Shown here: positions 26,800-43,795 of the stretch, piece after piece
How the letters are laid out: each line of letters begins with the position of its first letter
How positions within the stretch are numbered: position 1 is the stretch's first letter
NCBI RefSeq assembly: GCF_009914755.1
Contig: NC_060930.1
Strand: one strand, 5' to 3'
DNA: 64,000 nucleotides
Source of the DNA: the human T2T-CHM13v2.0 reference genome, Homo sapiens
The notes under the pieces: model-generated
Seen by the model: only the letters and a program-made list of their open reading frames with translations
The model's database searches: none
Told to the model about the DNA's origin: nothing
Program-made: the position numbers and the translations under genes

Positions 26800-29700
26800 C
26801 CATAAAACCTTTTCCTGAAGCATTTCCTCTGTGTTTTCTTCCAGTAGTTTAATCACTTTGTGTCTCACATTTAGGCCTTTGATCCATTTTGAGTTGATTT
26901 CTGTATAGTGTAAGAGGTGGGGGTCTAGTTTCATTCTTCTGTATATGGATTTCCAGTTTTCCTAGTACCATTTATTGAAGAGACCATCCTTTCCTCAATG
27001 AGTGTTCTTGATATCTTTGTTAAAAAATCAGTTGACTATAGATATGTTGGTTAATTTCTGGGTTCTCTATTCTGTTCCACTGGTCTATGTGTTTGTTTCT
27101 ATGCCAGTACCATGCTATTTTGGTTACTATAGCTTTGTAATATATTTTGAGAGCAGGTAGTGTGATTCCTCCAGCTTTGTTCTTTTTTCTCAGCATTTCT
27201 TTGGCCTTTTGGAATCTTTTGTGGTTCCATACAAATTTTACAATTTTTTCAATTTCTGTGAAAAATGTCATTGGTATTTTGATAAGGATTGCATTGAATC
27301 TCTAGATTGCTTTGGGTTGTATTGTCATTTTAACAATTTTAATTCTTCCAATTCTTGAGCATGAGATGTCTTTCCATTTGTTTGCATCCTCTTCAATTTC
27401 TTTCATTAGTGTTTTCTAATTACCCTTTTAGAGGTTTCTCACCTCCTTGGTTAAATTTATTCCTAGGTATTTTAAATTTTTTGCAGCTATTGTATATAAA
27501 TGGGAGTGCCTTTTAAATTTATTTTTCATTTAGTTCATTGCTCATATATAGAAACAATACTGATTTTTTCATATTAATTTTGTATCCTGCAACTTTACCG
27601 AAGTTGTCGATCAGTTCTAAGAGATTTTTGGTAGAGTCTTTAGGATTTTCTATATATCAGATCATGTTATCTTCAAGCAGGAACAATTTGACTTCCTTCT
27701 GTATGATTTGGATGCTCTTTATTTCTTTCTTTTGCCTAATTGCTATGACTAGGACTTCCAATACCATATTGATAAGAGTGGTGAGACTTGGCATCCTTGT
27801 CTTATTCCAGTCCTTAAAGAAAAAGCTGAAAGATGTTAGGATGTTAGCTGTGGGTTTGTTATATATTGTCTTTATTATATTGAGGTTGTTTTTTTCTATA
27901 CCTAATTTATTAAGAGTTGTTTTTTTTTATCATGAAAGGATGTTGAATATTTTGAAAAGCTTTTTCTGCATCTTTGGAGATGATCACATGATTTTTGTCC
28001 TTCATTCTGTAGATGTGACCCAATTTGTTTAGTGATTTGCATATTTTGAACTGTCCTCACATTTTGGGATAAATCCCACTTCATCATGGTGTATTATCTT
28101 TTTGATGTGCTGTTCAATGCAGTTTGCTAGTACTTTGCTGAGAATTTTTGTAACTATGTTCATCAGGAATGTTGGCCTATAGTTTTTTGTTATTGTTTTG
28201 TCATTGTCTGGTTTTGGTATCCCGGTTATGCTGGCCTTGTAGAATGAGTTAGCAAGAATTCCCCCTGCTTCAGTTTTTTTTGCAATAGTTTCAGAAGAAT
28301 TCGTATTAATTATTCTTTAAAGGTTTGGTCGAATTTAGTAGTGAAGCCTTCTGGTCCTAGACTTTTCTTCATTAGAAGACTTTATTACTGACTTGGTCTC
28401 ATTACTTGTTATTGGTCTGTTCAGATTTTTAATTTCTTTTTTGTTCAATCTTGGTAGATTATATGTATCCAGGAATTTATCTGTTTCTTCTAGGTTTTTG
28501 AATTTATTGGCATATGGTTGTTTATAGTAGTTCTGGATGATCCTTTGTATTTTTGTGGTAGCCGTTGTGATATCTCTTTTTCTGTTTCTGATTTTATTTG
28601 GGTCTTCCTTCTTTTTTCTGTTAGTCTGGCTAATGGTTTGTTGATTTTCTTTGTCTATTTTAAAAATTAACTTTGTTTCATTGATCTTCTGTATTTCTTG
28701 TGTCAATTTCTTTTATTGTGGTTCTAATCTTTATTTATTTTCTTCTATTAATTATGGGTTTGATTTGTTCTTGCTTTTATAGTTCCTTGAGGTGCATCAT
28801 AATGTCATTTATATGAATCTTTCCAGTTTTTTAATATAGGCATTTATTGCTACAGACTTGGCTCTTAATACTGCTTTTGCTGTGTCCCATAGGTTTTGGA
28901 ATGATATATTTCTATTTTAATTTGTTTCAGAGAATTTTAACTTTTTTGCTGTGTCCCATAGGTTTTGGTATGATATATTTCTATTTTAATTTGTTTCAGA
29001 GAATTTTAAATTTTCATTCTTAATTTCCGCCTTCATCCATTGGTCATTCAGGAGCATGTTGCTCGATTTCCATGTATTTGTGTATTTTCAAATGTTCCTC
29101 TTGTTATTGATGTGGACTTTTATTCTGTTATGGTCGAATAAGACACTAGATGTGGTTTTGATTGAAAAAAATTGTTGAGGCTTGTTTTGTGTCCTAACAT
29201 GTGGTCAATCCTGAAGAATGTTCCATTTGCTGATGAAAAAATGTATTCTGTAGCTGTTGAGTGAAATGTTCTGTAAGTGTCTTCTGGTCCATTTGGTTTA
29301 TGGTGCAGTTTAAATCCAATGTTTCTTTGTTGATTTTATGTGTAGATGATCTATCCAATGCTGAGAGTGGGGTGTTGAAGTCCTCAGTGAATATTGTATT
29401 GGGGCCTATCTTACCCTTTAGATCTAATAATGTTTGCTTTATATATATATGGGTGAAAATATATTTACAATTGTCATATTCTCTTGCTGAATTGATCCCT
29501 TTATTGTGTAATGTCCCTCCTGTCCTCTTTTTTATGGCTTTTAACTTGAAGTCTGCTTTATCTTACATAAGTAAGGCTACTCCTGATTGCTTTTGGTTTC
29601 TCTTTGCTTGGAATATTTTTTTCCATCCCTTCACTTGCAGACTATACGTCTCTTTACAGTTGAGGTGAGGTGAGTTTCTTGTAGACAGCATATAGTTGGG

Positions 29701-32640
29701 TCTTGTTCTTTAATCTGTCAGGCAGTTTACATCTTTAAAGTGGGAAATTTAATTTGTTTACATTCAAGATTATTATTAATAGGTGAGGACTTACTCTTGT
29801 CATTTTATTGACTGCTTTTTGATTGTTTTGTCTATCCTTTGCTTCTTACTTCCTCTCTTATTGTTTATTTTTTGCATTTAGGTGGTTTTCTGTAGTGAGT
29901 CTGATTCCTTTTGGTATCTTCTTTTTGCATTGGCTATACAAGTGACTTTTATAGTTTTGTATTTTTTATGATGGTGGTTATTGTCTTTTCACTTCCACAT
30001 GTAAGACACCCTTGAGTATTTCTTGTAAGTCCCGTCTTGTGGTAATGAATTCTTTTAGTTTTTACTTGTCTGTGAAAGATTTTATTTTTCTTTCATTTCT
30101 GAAGGATAGCTTTGCTGGGTATAATATTATTGGCTGAATTATTTTTTTCTTTCAATCAGCAGTTTGACTATATTATCCCATTCTCTCCTGGACTGCAAAG
30201 TCTTTGCTGAGAAATCCACTGTTGGTTTAATGGACTTATATGTGACTTAATGCTTTTCTCTTGCTGCTTTTAAAATTATTTGTCTTTGACTTTTGACAAT
30301 TTTCCTACAATGTGCCTTGGAGAGGACCTGCCTGGGGGTTCTTTGAGCTTCCTGGACCTAGATGTCCATTTCTCTCACAAGACTTGGGAAGTTTTCTGCT
30401 GTATTTTTATTAAATATGTTTTCCTCAGCTTTTCTCTTCTCTTTCTGGAATGCCCATAATACAAATATTGATTCACTTAATGCTGTCCCATAAATCCTGT
30501 GAGCTTTCTTCATTATTTTTTATTATCTCTCTTTCCCTCTGTCTGCCTGTGTTATTTCAAAAGACCTGTCTTCAAGTTTAGAATTTTTTCCTTCCTATTT
30601 GGTCTAGTCTGTTGTTGAAGCTCTCTATTGTATTTTTTATTTCTCTATTATATCATATATTTCATTGAATTCTTCAGCTCTAAGATTTGATTCTTTTTTA
30701 TAATTCTGTCTCTTTATTGTATTTTTCATTCAAATTATGAATTGTTTTTCTATGTTCATTGAATTGTCTGTATTTTCTTGTATCTCACTGAGTTTCCTTA
30801 AGATTGTTATTTTGAATTCTTTTTCTGGTATTTCATATATTTCCTTATAATTAGGTTCTGTTACTAGAGGATTATTACTTCCCTTTGGAGGTTACATATT
30901 TCCCTGCTTTTTCATGGTTGCTGTGTCCCTAACATTGACTCCTATACATCTGGTGAAAAAATTGTCTCTTCCAATTTTATGGAGTAGGTTTCAGGAGGAA
31001 AGACTTAGGGTGCATGGTTCTAGATGGACACAGCAATGTAGTCTCCATATTGTTCCTTTAGCTGTCATACACACTAGTGGTGTTTGTGAGTTTCTCAGTG
31101 GCCTACAGTGAGGGAGTCTGTGGTAACAGTGATGCGGCTTTTCCAAGGGTAGGCTCTCAGGCTATATCTCGGGTTCGGGATACACACATGCACACGGTAG
31201 GTCACCCAACATGGGGTCTGGCTCATTGGAGTTGGAGCCACATGGCTGTTCCTCCGGCCAGAAGCATGGGCACACAGTTGCTTAGCTGACCTGGGAGTGT
31301 GCCTGCCAGGAGTGACTTGTAGGGTTGTTTCTCTGATCCAGGACACCGACACAAGGCTGCTCAGCTCGTCTGGGGTGTGTCTGCTGGGGCCAATTCAAGG
31401 GGCTGTTTCCCATGTCTGGGTCACAGCTGCGTGACTGCTTGGCTGGCCTGAGGGTGTGTTTGCCAGGGGCTGCCCACAGGGCTGCTTCTCAGGCCTGGGA
31501 CGAGGGCACATGGCTGCTCAGCTGGCCTGAGGTATATCTGCCAGGGGTGACCTGTGTGGCTGTTTCGTGGGTTTGGAGTACAGGTTTCAGGCTGTGTGGC
31601 TGGCCTGGGATGTGTCCACCAGGGGTGAACTATGCGGCTGTTTCTTGGGCCTGGGGTACAGGTGCAAGGCTGCATGCCTGGCTCGGGGATATGCTTACTG
31701 ATGGTGGCTGAGAAACGGGGCTGTTTCTCAGGTGCTTATTGGGCAGGTGAGGAGCATGTCTGTAGGGTGTTGGGGTACTGTGGGGCTGTTTCTCATGTCC
31801 TGAGCACAGGTGCCCAGCCCCTCCTCTGGCCTGGAGGTGTATTAGCCACTAGGAGGCTCAGGTGCCTCTCCTGCTTGGGGAAAGGTGAACAGCAGCTTGG
31901 CTAACTCAAGGGCAGGGTTGCTGTGGGTGGGACTGCCAGGTTCCTCCAGCTGGTAGGGCAGTGATGGGGGTTGGTTTCCCTGCTGTGCAAGGCCGGAGTC
32001 ACAGCTGATCCTGGGCCCGGGATCCATGCAGCTGGGGTTGTGACGTTCAGCCACCCGTGTAGGCTTGGAGTCATGAAGATGGAGCTCCAAGGCTGGAGAA
32101 TGGCTGTGGTTTCCATTCCCCAGAGCAGGGTATGCTCCAGAGGTGGCTCTGGTCTCAAGATGGGGCTGTGCTGCAGCAGCTTGGCTCACAGGGATGGCTG
32201 GGGGGTGAGCAGTGCACACCTTGTGCTCCTAATCTGGGGCCATGGAGCTGTGTCGTGAATTCTCTGCAGCTCCCAAATGGCTGAGGGCCTGTGAGGACTG
32301 CAGGATTCCCCTGCTGTAAGGACTGTAGGTGTTTTCTGTGGGGGCTGGTGGGGATCTGCTGCTTCCCTTTCCCTGCAAGGGGAAGTCCCTTCTGCCTGGG
32401 CAGATCTGACCCAGGCAGGGGAGATGGGGCTGCAGAAGCCAGGTGCCTCCCCTCTGCCTTCCTGGACTTCCGGTCAACACAGGTGCCTCTCCACTCCCAT
32501 GCTGCACTGCACACTCTGCCAGATCTTAGCTCTCTTCCTTCCACATAGTCCGAGCTCAGCTGTGTAGTCATTGCCTTGGTCCTTTCTTGGGCAGAGGGAG
32601 CTGAGCACCAGCTCTCTCTCATCAGCGTCTTGCTGACTTT
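26800..32640 (-). mobile_element. Decayed L1 (L1M/L1PB-age) antisense to KIF25: ORF2 and ORF1 remnants plus GC-rich 5' region
   Basis: Minus-strand ORF fragments [51 protein letters not shown] and KFLDTYNLPRLN are L1 ORF2p. Confidence 0.92.
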
Positions 32641-35600
32641 GCTCCCACCATGCAAATATATATATATATATATTTATCTCACTTGATGCCTTAAGCACCA
32701 GTATTCTTGAGTCAAACAAAAGGAGACAGATTAAATCCTCATGATCAGGACTTCGTGTTAACAGGAGCCCTTGGGACCTTATCAATCCCCTCCTGTTATA
32801 AGTGAACACACAGAGTATTTGTGGTTAGTAATTGCCTTTCTACGCTTCCCTGTTTGCATCCTGGTTAACCTGAAGGAGTTTTTCAGTGAGGAAATGCATC
32901 CTGAGGCTGAGGCCTGGCCCCAGCCCCTGGGGAAAGCTTATTATGATTATTAACATCACTGTTTGTTGTTACTGTTCCTTGTTACTTTATTCATTCTCTT
33001 GGCAGTCCTCTCCCGTTCCTGCCAAAGTTCCACCGAATCTTCAGATTTGGATATTTGAGGTTTTCCATCTTACTCGTCAAAATAGAATAAAATTTTATTG
33101 GGACATTTTGGATTCTGTTTTTAAATCAGAATCCAAGATGTTGCTTTTTAATTTGATAGGCCTGTTCATTGAAGGGCTTCATGCCATCAAATCTGCTGAG
33201 AAAGCAAATGATCCGTTTTGTGACCTTGTATCTCCTGGCTCCCACGTTATGTTTTTATTTCCAAAAGTCTAAAGAGAGTTTGAGTTTGTATTGGACGTGT
33301 AACACGGCACTTCATTTCCATTTGCAATCTAACTCAGCATTTCATCGTTTGGATTCAATCTATTAATAAAGTCGATCTCAGATGGAGAATCTGGCTGCTG
33401 CCCTAGTTCCTGGTAGCTGTCTTAAAGGCTATTTATTTTCATTTTTCATTTAATTTATATCCACTCTGTTGATAATCAGACATGGGAGAACAGATTTCTG
33501 GCTTTGTATCAAGTTCTTGTTGGACTGTCTTTGTTCGTCCCTGATTCTCCCTTATTGTTAAGTTTGACAGTTACTGACCTGAATGTCTGAATATAGTCAA
33601 CAGAGCCTATGTATCAAATGACACTTATTTAGTTACATGCAGCCAATGTAAAGCATATTTTTCTGGTGGTGCTTGGCAGGACTGATAGATTTGATACACC
33701 TGAGACAAAATTTTTAATGGTCAGAGACTGTATGGTCCTTAATACATTACTTGTTCTTTTTTAACGTGGGTTCGCTGGGCCTTGAACCACCATCCACAGG
33801 ACTGATGATATCCACAGCAGGCAGCCTTGGCTTGCACGGAGCTTGTAGATGTGCAGTCCCTCCCTCCTGGCTGTTTTGTGTCTGCCTCTGGGAGAGTCCC
33901 TGACTCTGTCTGCATGTTGCTCACGGGTCTCCTCTTCCTCTCAGGTTTCCTTACTTAAAATGGAGAGGGTGAATTCAATGTACTTTTAGCTCTAAAATTT
34001 GATGGCAAAGAATTTTATGCCCCAAGTGCTTTTAAAGTTATCCTAGGAAATTGGATATAAATAAAAAACTAGATGCTACAGCATGTAAATGTAAGGAAAA
34101 CAGTTTTTACTGATCATTGCCTCTGAGCCAGGTGCTTTTCACAGGCTGTTTCATGGGAACCTTGTGATTCCAGAGGCAGGGGCCATGCGTCCCCCATGCA
34201 GTTGTGTTCAGGCCTCTTCAGGGAAGTGGCTCCAGATGGGCAGTCCCATCTTGAAAAGAAGGATGCTGTCAAGAGCTTGAAAATTTTGATAAAAGAAAGT
34301 TGTTTAAAAAGCCAAGAGAAATGAATCCTTCTTGTGAGATTAAGGGTATTTAGTATCATGAGTGGGGAGGGTTTTTGGACAGGCAGGAACGCATTGAAGC
34401 TGTTTGGAAAAACTAAACTTTGCTGTGGAATAATTTCAGATGTTTAAAATCGAACGATCTCACTGTGGAATGAAGTTCTAAATAGCATGGGGACCCTTTG
34501 GACTCAGGCTTGTTTTTATGGCTTTGCACGTTTCTTGTATGGTGTCCCTTGAGCTTTCGGGTTAGACACTGTAGACCTTTGTGGTTTTCGTTTGCTTTTC
34601 TTTATGGTTAAAGCTTGGACATTTGAAGACAGCAGTAAAACACTCTGGGGTGTGTGTTCCTGTACGGTTCATACTGGAGCACTAGGATTACATTCTGGCA
34701 TAGCATCAAAGGAACGGTCCCCGAAGTGGACAGCAGAAAAATGAAAATATGCCGCGAGAAAGGAGCAAAGGGCCTAGGCTGGCGGTTGGATTAGGGACTG
34801 GGAGGTCTGTTCTTACGGCGAGGCCAGGGGCTTGGTCCTGGCGGGTGTCGGAGTTTTGCTTCGGTGTTTTGAGCGTGAAGGGAACTGAAGAGCTGCTTCT
34901 GGCTTAGGGGATGTGACATTATCATGTAAGAACATGCAGGTTCCGAAACAGTTTCTGGTACACAGTGACTGCCCAGTAAATACTCAGCAGAGACATAAGC
35001 TTCTTCTGTGAAAGCCGTGCCGGAGCACGAGCACGCGCAACCTCCACATCCTGGTGGTCGTTTCTGTGCTGCGATGGAGACCACGGACCGCCCCAGCCAC
35101 CGGCTGCTCCTCCCGGCATTGCCAGAGTCACTGTGGTGGGGCCTGCATCCCCACCCACTCTCCCAAAAGTCATCCCAGGAAATTGGATACAAATCACGGT
35201 AGCAAGTGACCTCCCAGTCTACCAAATCCAATAAAGAGTTTTAAACAAGGACCCAAGCGACCTCTCCCCAACAGGTGGCATTCTGCGTCACCCACTCCCT
35301 CCCTCTTAACTTTCTTTCTTTGGCTTCGGTGACTTCATCTGCTTTCTTCTTTTCTAATTTGCATTTGAGAAAGATTTCTACAGCAACAACATAAAGGACA
35401 GGTGGGAGGGGTGCTGGACTGGAGGCAGAGGCCAGTTAGGGGATAGCCAGGGCGCTGTTTCATTACACTGGACAATAGCAGTGGGCATGGGGCAGGGAGC
35501 AACCCAAGGCTGCCTACGAGGCACAGCCGAGGCTCTGTCCCCAGGCAGCGCGGGGCTGAGGCTGGCGTTCCGTCATTGCTTCCTGAGCTGCCCCACTGAG

Positions 35601-36366
35601 AGACACGCCGGGGATTCCCGCGGCCTCTCACCTCTGGCAAGACAGGACAGGTTCACTATTTGATTATCTCAGCATTTCACATCGGAGACCTCACAGAATC
35701 CAGAGGCAGCAATAGTCCGGCAGCTGCCCACGACTGCCCGTCCAGCAGTAAGCGAGTAACAAACAGCAACAACAACCACAAACAGCTGTTGAATCTCACA
35801 GCTTTTGTCTTTATAAAATAGGCCACTTCTTTGACATGTTATTGCAGACACACACACACAGACACACACACTACTAAGAAGAAGGTGTGGAGGTATCATC
35901 CTAGCATCCGCTAAACACTGTTATGGAAAAAATCCAGTGCCTCTGGGTTATTCGCCACTGCAGTTGTGGTTTTCATTCTCCCTATCACCCCTGCTATTTC
36001 ATGAATACACATTTTGTTTTAGAACTGGAACCAATCCAGGTTCATCTTTTCTTTGCTTAAGTGAAACTAAACTAATTTCAGATTTCTTGCTGAAAAATGC
36101 CTTTGCTTCCCTTACACAGGATATAATTTAAGAATACAGTCCAGCAAGATCGAAATTTGTTTTTGAAACAGACATGTTAGTTCCACTGGTTACGATGGAA
36201 TATAATGATGTCTGAGATGTGATTTTTTTGCCATTTGAAAACCTCTCCTGCGAACTGTCAAGGGCCCTTAGAGTCAGTAATTTGGGTGTTGAACCCTCAG
36301 CCTGTGGCAGATTGAGGAGCTCTGTTGTGTGTTCCCCAGTAGATGCGACTTTCTTCTTCTCTTTAT

Positions 36367-36565
36367 GGGGGTCGGCAAACCTTTTTGGGAAAGGGCCAGG
36401 GAGTTAATATTTTCGTCGTTGAAGGCCACGTGGTCTCCAACTCAATCATCCAGCTTTGCCCTTGAGGAAGAAGCAGCCATACACAGTCTGTAAACAAAGG
36501 ACGGGGCTGTGTTCCAGGCAAACTTTGTTGTTTACAAAAACAGGCGGCAGGCTGGGGTTGGTGGG
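36367..36565. mobile_element. MER58A-like hAT MITE
   Basis: ggggtcggcaaac...aagggccag...tttacaaaaacaggcggcag. Confidence 0.7.
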
Positions 36566-36627
36566 GCTTGTGTTTAATTAACGCAGCACACAAAGTCTTA
36601 CGACGTCGTTTTACTCTTTTCTCTCAG

Positions 36628-36695
36628 GAAACAATTCTGGTGAAATGTGATCGTCCTGGCCACCCTCTGATTGATAAGACATATCATTTTGAAAG
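36628..36695 (+). pseudogene. KIF25: Ancestral KIF25 coding exon G (ETILVKCDRPGHPLIDKTYHFE-R); probably 5'UTR in the short transcript
   Basis: Strong ctcttttctctcag| acceptor, AAG|gtaagt donor; 68 nt, phase 0-2. Joined to 49507 it gives KTYHFERVY, matching the kinesin KxFxFDxVF motif. Confidence 0.9.
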
Positions 36696-36818
36696 GTAAG
36701 TGCTTTTCAAGATGTCCTATAAAGCAAACTTCCATATTAAAAATACAAATTTTGCATTGGGGTTTGAGTAATGAAATATGTAATTTATCCTATCATTTGA
36801 CTAATTGTGATTATAAAT

Positions 36819-37168
36819 ACAGACGGTCCCTGAGGTAGATTTTTCAACTTTAGGAAGGTGTGAAAGAGATACACATTCAGTAGACACTATGTCTCGAGTG
36901 CCCATTACAACCCTTCTGGTTTTTGCTTTCAGTACAGTACTCAGTAAACTACGTGAAACAGTCAACACTTTAGTGTACAAGCTTTCCATTTGGTGATTTT
37001 GCCCACCTGTAGGCTAATGTGTGTGTTCTGGGCACACTTAAGGCAAGCTAGGCTGAGCTACAATGCTTGGTAAATTAGGTGTATCAAATGCATTTTCAAC
37101 TTGCAATATTTTCAACCTACAATGGGTTTCTCAGGTCACAACCCCATCATAAGACGAGGGACATCTGT
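36819..37168. mobile_element. TcMar-Tigger MITE (MER47-like)
   Basis: ta|cagacggtccct...agggacatctg|ta inverted termini with TA target. Confidence 0.7.
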
Positions 37169-37799
37169 AATCCATATGTTCATTGTTTTAAGTAAATAGA
37201 CATTTTTTATATATCCAGTTTGTTGATAGTAATTTCGTTGTGATGATAGCAACTAACAATAGGGCTTTCTGTCAGATGCCTTCCTCGGCACTGGGTCGTG
37301 GTGTATTCCCAGGGTGGTAGGAGAGCCCCGGAAGGCTCAGAATCAATGCGCGTGGCCTTTGGAAAGCCCTGCTCATCCTCCTTCAGCTACCAAGGGCTGG
37401 CTGAGTGGTCCTGCTCCCAGGCTCTGTCCTCCTGCTCCTCGGAAGGACGTCAGTGCCTGAGGCCTCTTCCTCTCCCCGGCAGCAGCCTGTGTCGCTCGAT
37501 AGGGTCACATCTGGAGAAGGGCAGAGGGTTCCCCTCAAGCCTCCGCTGAGCACTGACCAGCACAGGAGCGGTAAGAAGGAGGAGGCCAGGAAAGAACCAC
37601 CGGGGAGGAGCCCGGGAGAAAGTCTGCAGAGCTCACACAGGCCTGGGAATTGTGAGTGCTCCCGCCGGGGCAGAAATACCTCGTGATACACAAGGCCTTG
37701 GGTAGAGTGAGAAGTTAGCCCTGGAGTAAAGGCTGCTGGTGCCATGCGGCAGAACTTAAATGCAAGCCTCGAGGGGTCAAGTTGTTTCCAAGTAACTGC

Positions 37800-39845
<2,046 letters not shown>

Positions 39846-41084
39846 TAGTTTTACTCTTTTAATGGTGGGGGCTGTCCTCTTAATTTATAGTATTCTGAGA
39901 TATCTACCTTCCATGTTGTTAAGAGAATTTTTCTGGAAGAGCAGGAGAAACCCATTTTCTATAAAATATCTGTCCCAACATCAAAGTCATCAAAAGAAGC
40001 AGCAAGAACCGACCCTGCCTCCCCAGCTTCCGCTGCTTCAGAGGAGAAGCTCCCTCGAAGACAGATCATGGTGAAGTTTTCCCCTTTCTCTCTGCTTCAA
40101 ATGACGCACGAGTTTACATACTGTGCTAACCTATTTCTGTTTATACAATTCATGTGCTTTTATATATAAAATTTATAATTGTAGAAAAATATACCTGACA
40201 TAAAAGTTTACCATTTTAGCCATTTTTAAGTATACAGTTCAATGGGACAAAGTATGATCTGGTGCAACCATCACCACTATCCATCTTCACAGTGTTTTTT
40301 GTCATCCAATCCTGAAACTCCAAACCCATTAAACACTGAATTGCCTGTCTCCCCTCCCTCAGCTGCTGGTAGCCACTGTTCCATTTTCTGTCTGAGAAGT
40401 CTTATCTAAGGCATCTGTGCATTTTATCGAAGTCTGGTAGGGAAGGGATGTTCTTTGCAATAAGCCATTCTGGAAATTACAGATAGTGCTGGGATTTCTT
40501 AGCCTTTGCGGTCGTTCAGGATCTCAGAGCATGGGTAAAGTTCAACGTTATCAATTTTTTCTCTAGATGCTTTTAAGAGTTTTCTCTCTGACTTCAGTGT
40601 TCCAAATCAAAGTGAAGCTGCACTGTTTCACTCGGCAGTTGCTGAGTTTTTTGTTTGTTTTATTTTATTTTATAATACTGCTTGGGACTTTTAATCTTTG
40701 AATTAATGTCATTCTTTAAGTTGAACAATTATCAGGCAAAATCTTTTTAAAAGTACTTTCTCTCCTTCTATCTATATCCTTTTAATGAAATTCCTATTAG
40801 ATATAGATTAGACCTTTTCATTCTACCATCTGTGTCTCTACCATTACCCGCTTTTGAGATGATCGCCTTCCTTGTATCTCTCTGCTGCATTCTGGGTAAT
40901 TTTCCTGTGACAATCTTTTAATTAATTCACTTATTCTCTCTTCATCCATGGGTAAACTTCCATTTAACCCATCTGTTTTTCGTGCTTGTAAATTATTTGG
41001 CTCATTTTTAAATCTTCTTACCCTTTTAAAAATAGTCTTCCATTTTCCTTATGTTTTGTGTTCCTTATTTTGTATCTTTACTGA

Positions 41085-41232
41085 TTTATTTTTTATTTTT
41101 TAGTGACAGACTCTCACTCTATCACCCAGGCTGGAGTGCAGTGCTGCAATCATAGCTCTCTGCAGCCTTGAACTCTTGGCCTCAAGTGATTGTCCCACCT
41201 CAGCCTCCCGAGTAGCTAGGATTACAGGCATG
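41085..41232 (-). mobile_element. Partial AluJ/FRAM
   Basis: Reverse right-arm consensus. Confidence 0.75.
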
Positions 41233-41628
41233 ACTTTATTCATGTTTAACATTGTTTTCTTAAGTCTCTTTCAGAATGTTCTATTGTGTCTGGTTCTTGT
41301 GGCGGCTGCTGTATTACTTGTATCTTTGTTGCCACTGACTGTAGTGATTTATTTATTTTGTGTTTTATAAGTTTTTACTGCGAACTTATCTTTGGTGAGG
41401 AGTTTTTTTGATTGTTTGTTGTTGTTGTTTTTTTTTTTTTTTTTGGTAGGAGACTTGTGTACTCTTGGCTGTGGGTTTGCAACTATGATTTTTCCTGCAA
41501 GGGCCTGGGGTTTCACAAAAGTTCTGAATCAGTTTTCAGGTAACGTTTGTGGTTTGTGATTTCTCTGCCCTGTGGGCTCCTTGCATTTGGATTCTGTGCT
41601 CACTTGCGGTGCAGGTGTGAGGCTTTGA

Positions 41629-42357
<729 letters not shown>

Positions 42358-43328
42358 AGTTTCCTTTCTTTCTTCCCTTCAACGTCAGCAGCATATTTTA
42401 AAACATATTTTGTTTCTATTTTATCTGCATTACTTACATGTTGGTTAGGGGAGAGAAAGGGAGTTGTATCTTAGCCACCATGTGTCGCGATCTGGTGCTT
42501 CAGAGACAGTGCACTTTGCAGAATGTGTTTTACTACTCAAGGATTGCAATAATATTAGAATCTGTATAGTCTCATGCATTTTTATTATTTACTGAAAAAC
42601 ATTTTATTTGTATATCTAAAACCAAATAACTTGATTTTTTTCCCCTAAAATAATCATATTTAAAAATCTCACTATGAATACTCAAGAAAATTTTCATCAG
42701 TTTCACATGTAATAAAGTAGCTTCCTGAAGAAACTTCCATACACGGTGCTGGTGGTTCAATGGATTTAATTTGTAAGAGCAAAGCCAGTCTTCACGTGCA
42801 AAAGCTTTTTCTCATGTCTGTGCACTAAAAACAGTATAGAGAAAAATGATACTTTTTATCAGTGTAGAAAAGAAGCAAATTTATGAGCACTTTGGAGTAA
42901 TAGCCCCATGGCTTAGCTTCATCATGTTTGTTTATGCAAACACTTGTGGAACTTTGCTTCCTCGTGACACACAGTTTTTTTTTACAATCCTTCACTGGGC
43001 TGACCTTTCTTCCACTATTGATTTTGTCCTCTTTTGATGACTCAATTATGCAGGGGAATAATCTTAGTAAAAACCTCTCTCTTTTTTTTTTTTTTTTTTT
43101 TTTTTTTTACTGTGCTTCAGAGTAATCTGGTGTTGGGCTAGGTAAGGAGGGAAATGGGGTTGGCCTGACTCCTTCCAGGAGTTTATACCCTAGTTGAGAA
43201 CTAGGCTTGGGATGGGAGGCTTGGGAGATCTTTACAATGATAAGTAATATCAACGTTGGCAGAATAAGGTGAAGCAATCAAAATAGGTGACATAATTGGC
43301 CAAGGATGGAGAAGAAAGGAATGTTCGG

Positions 43329-43795
<467 letters not shown>

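Noticed and set aside
26701-28706. ORFs similar to retrotransposon ORF2p
   Set aside because: Fragmented, frameshifted remains of an old L1; not an active element or a host gene.
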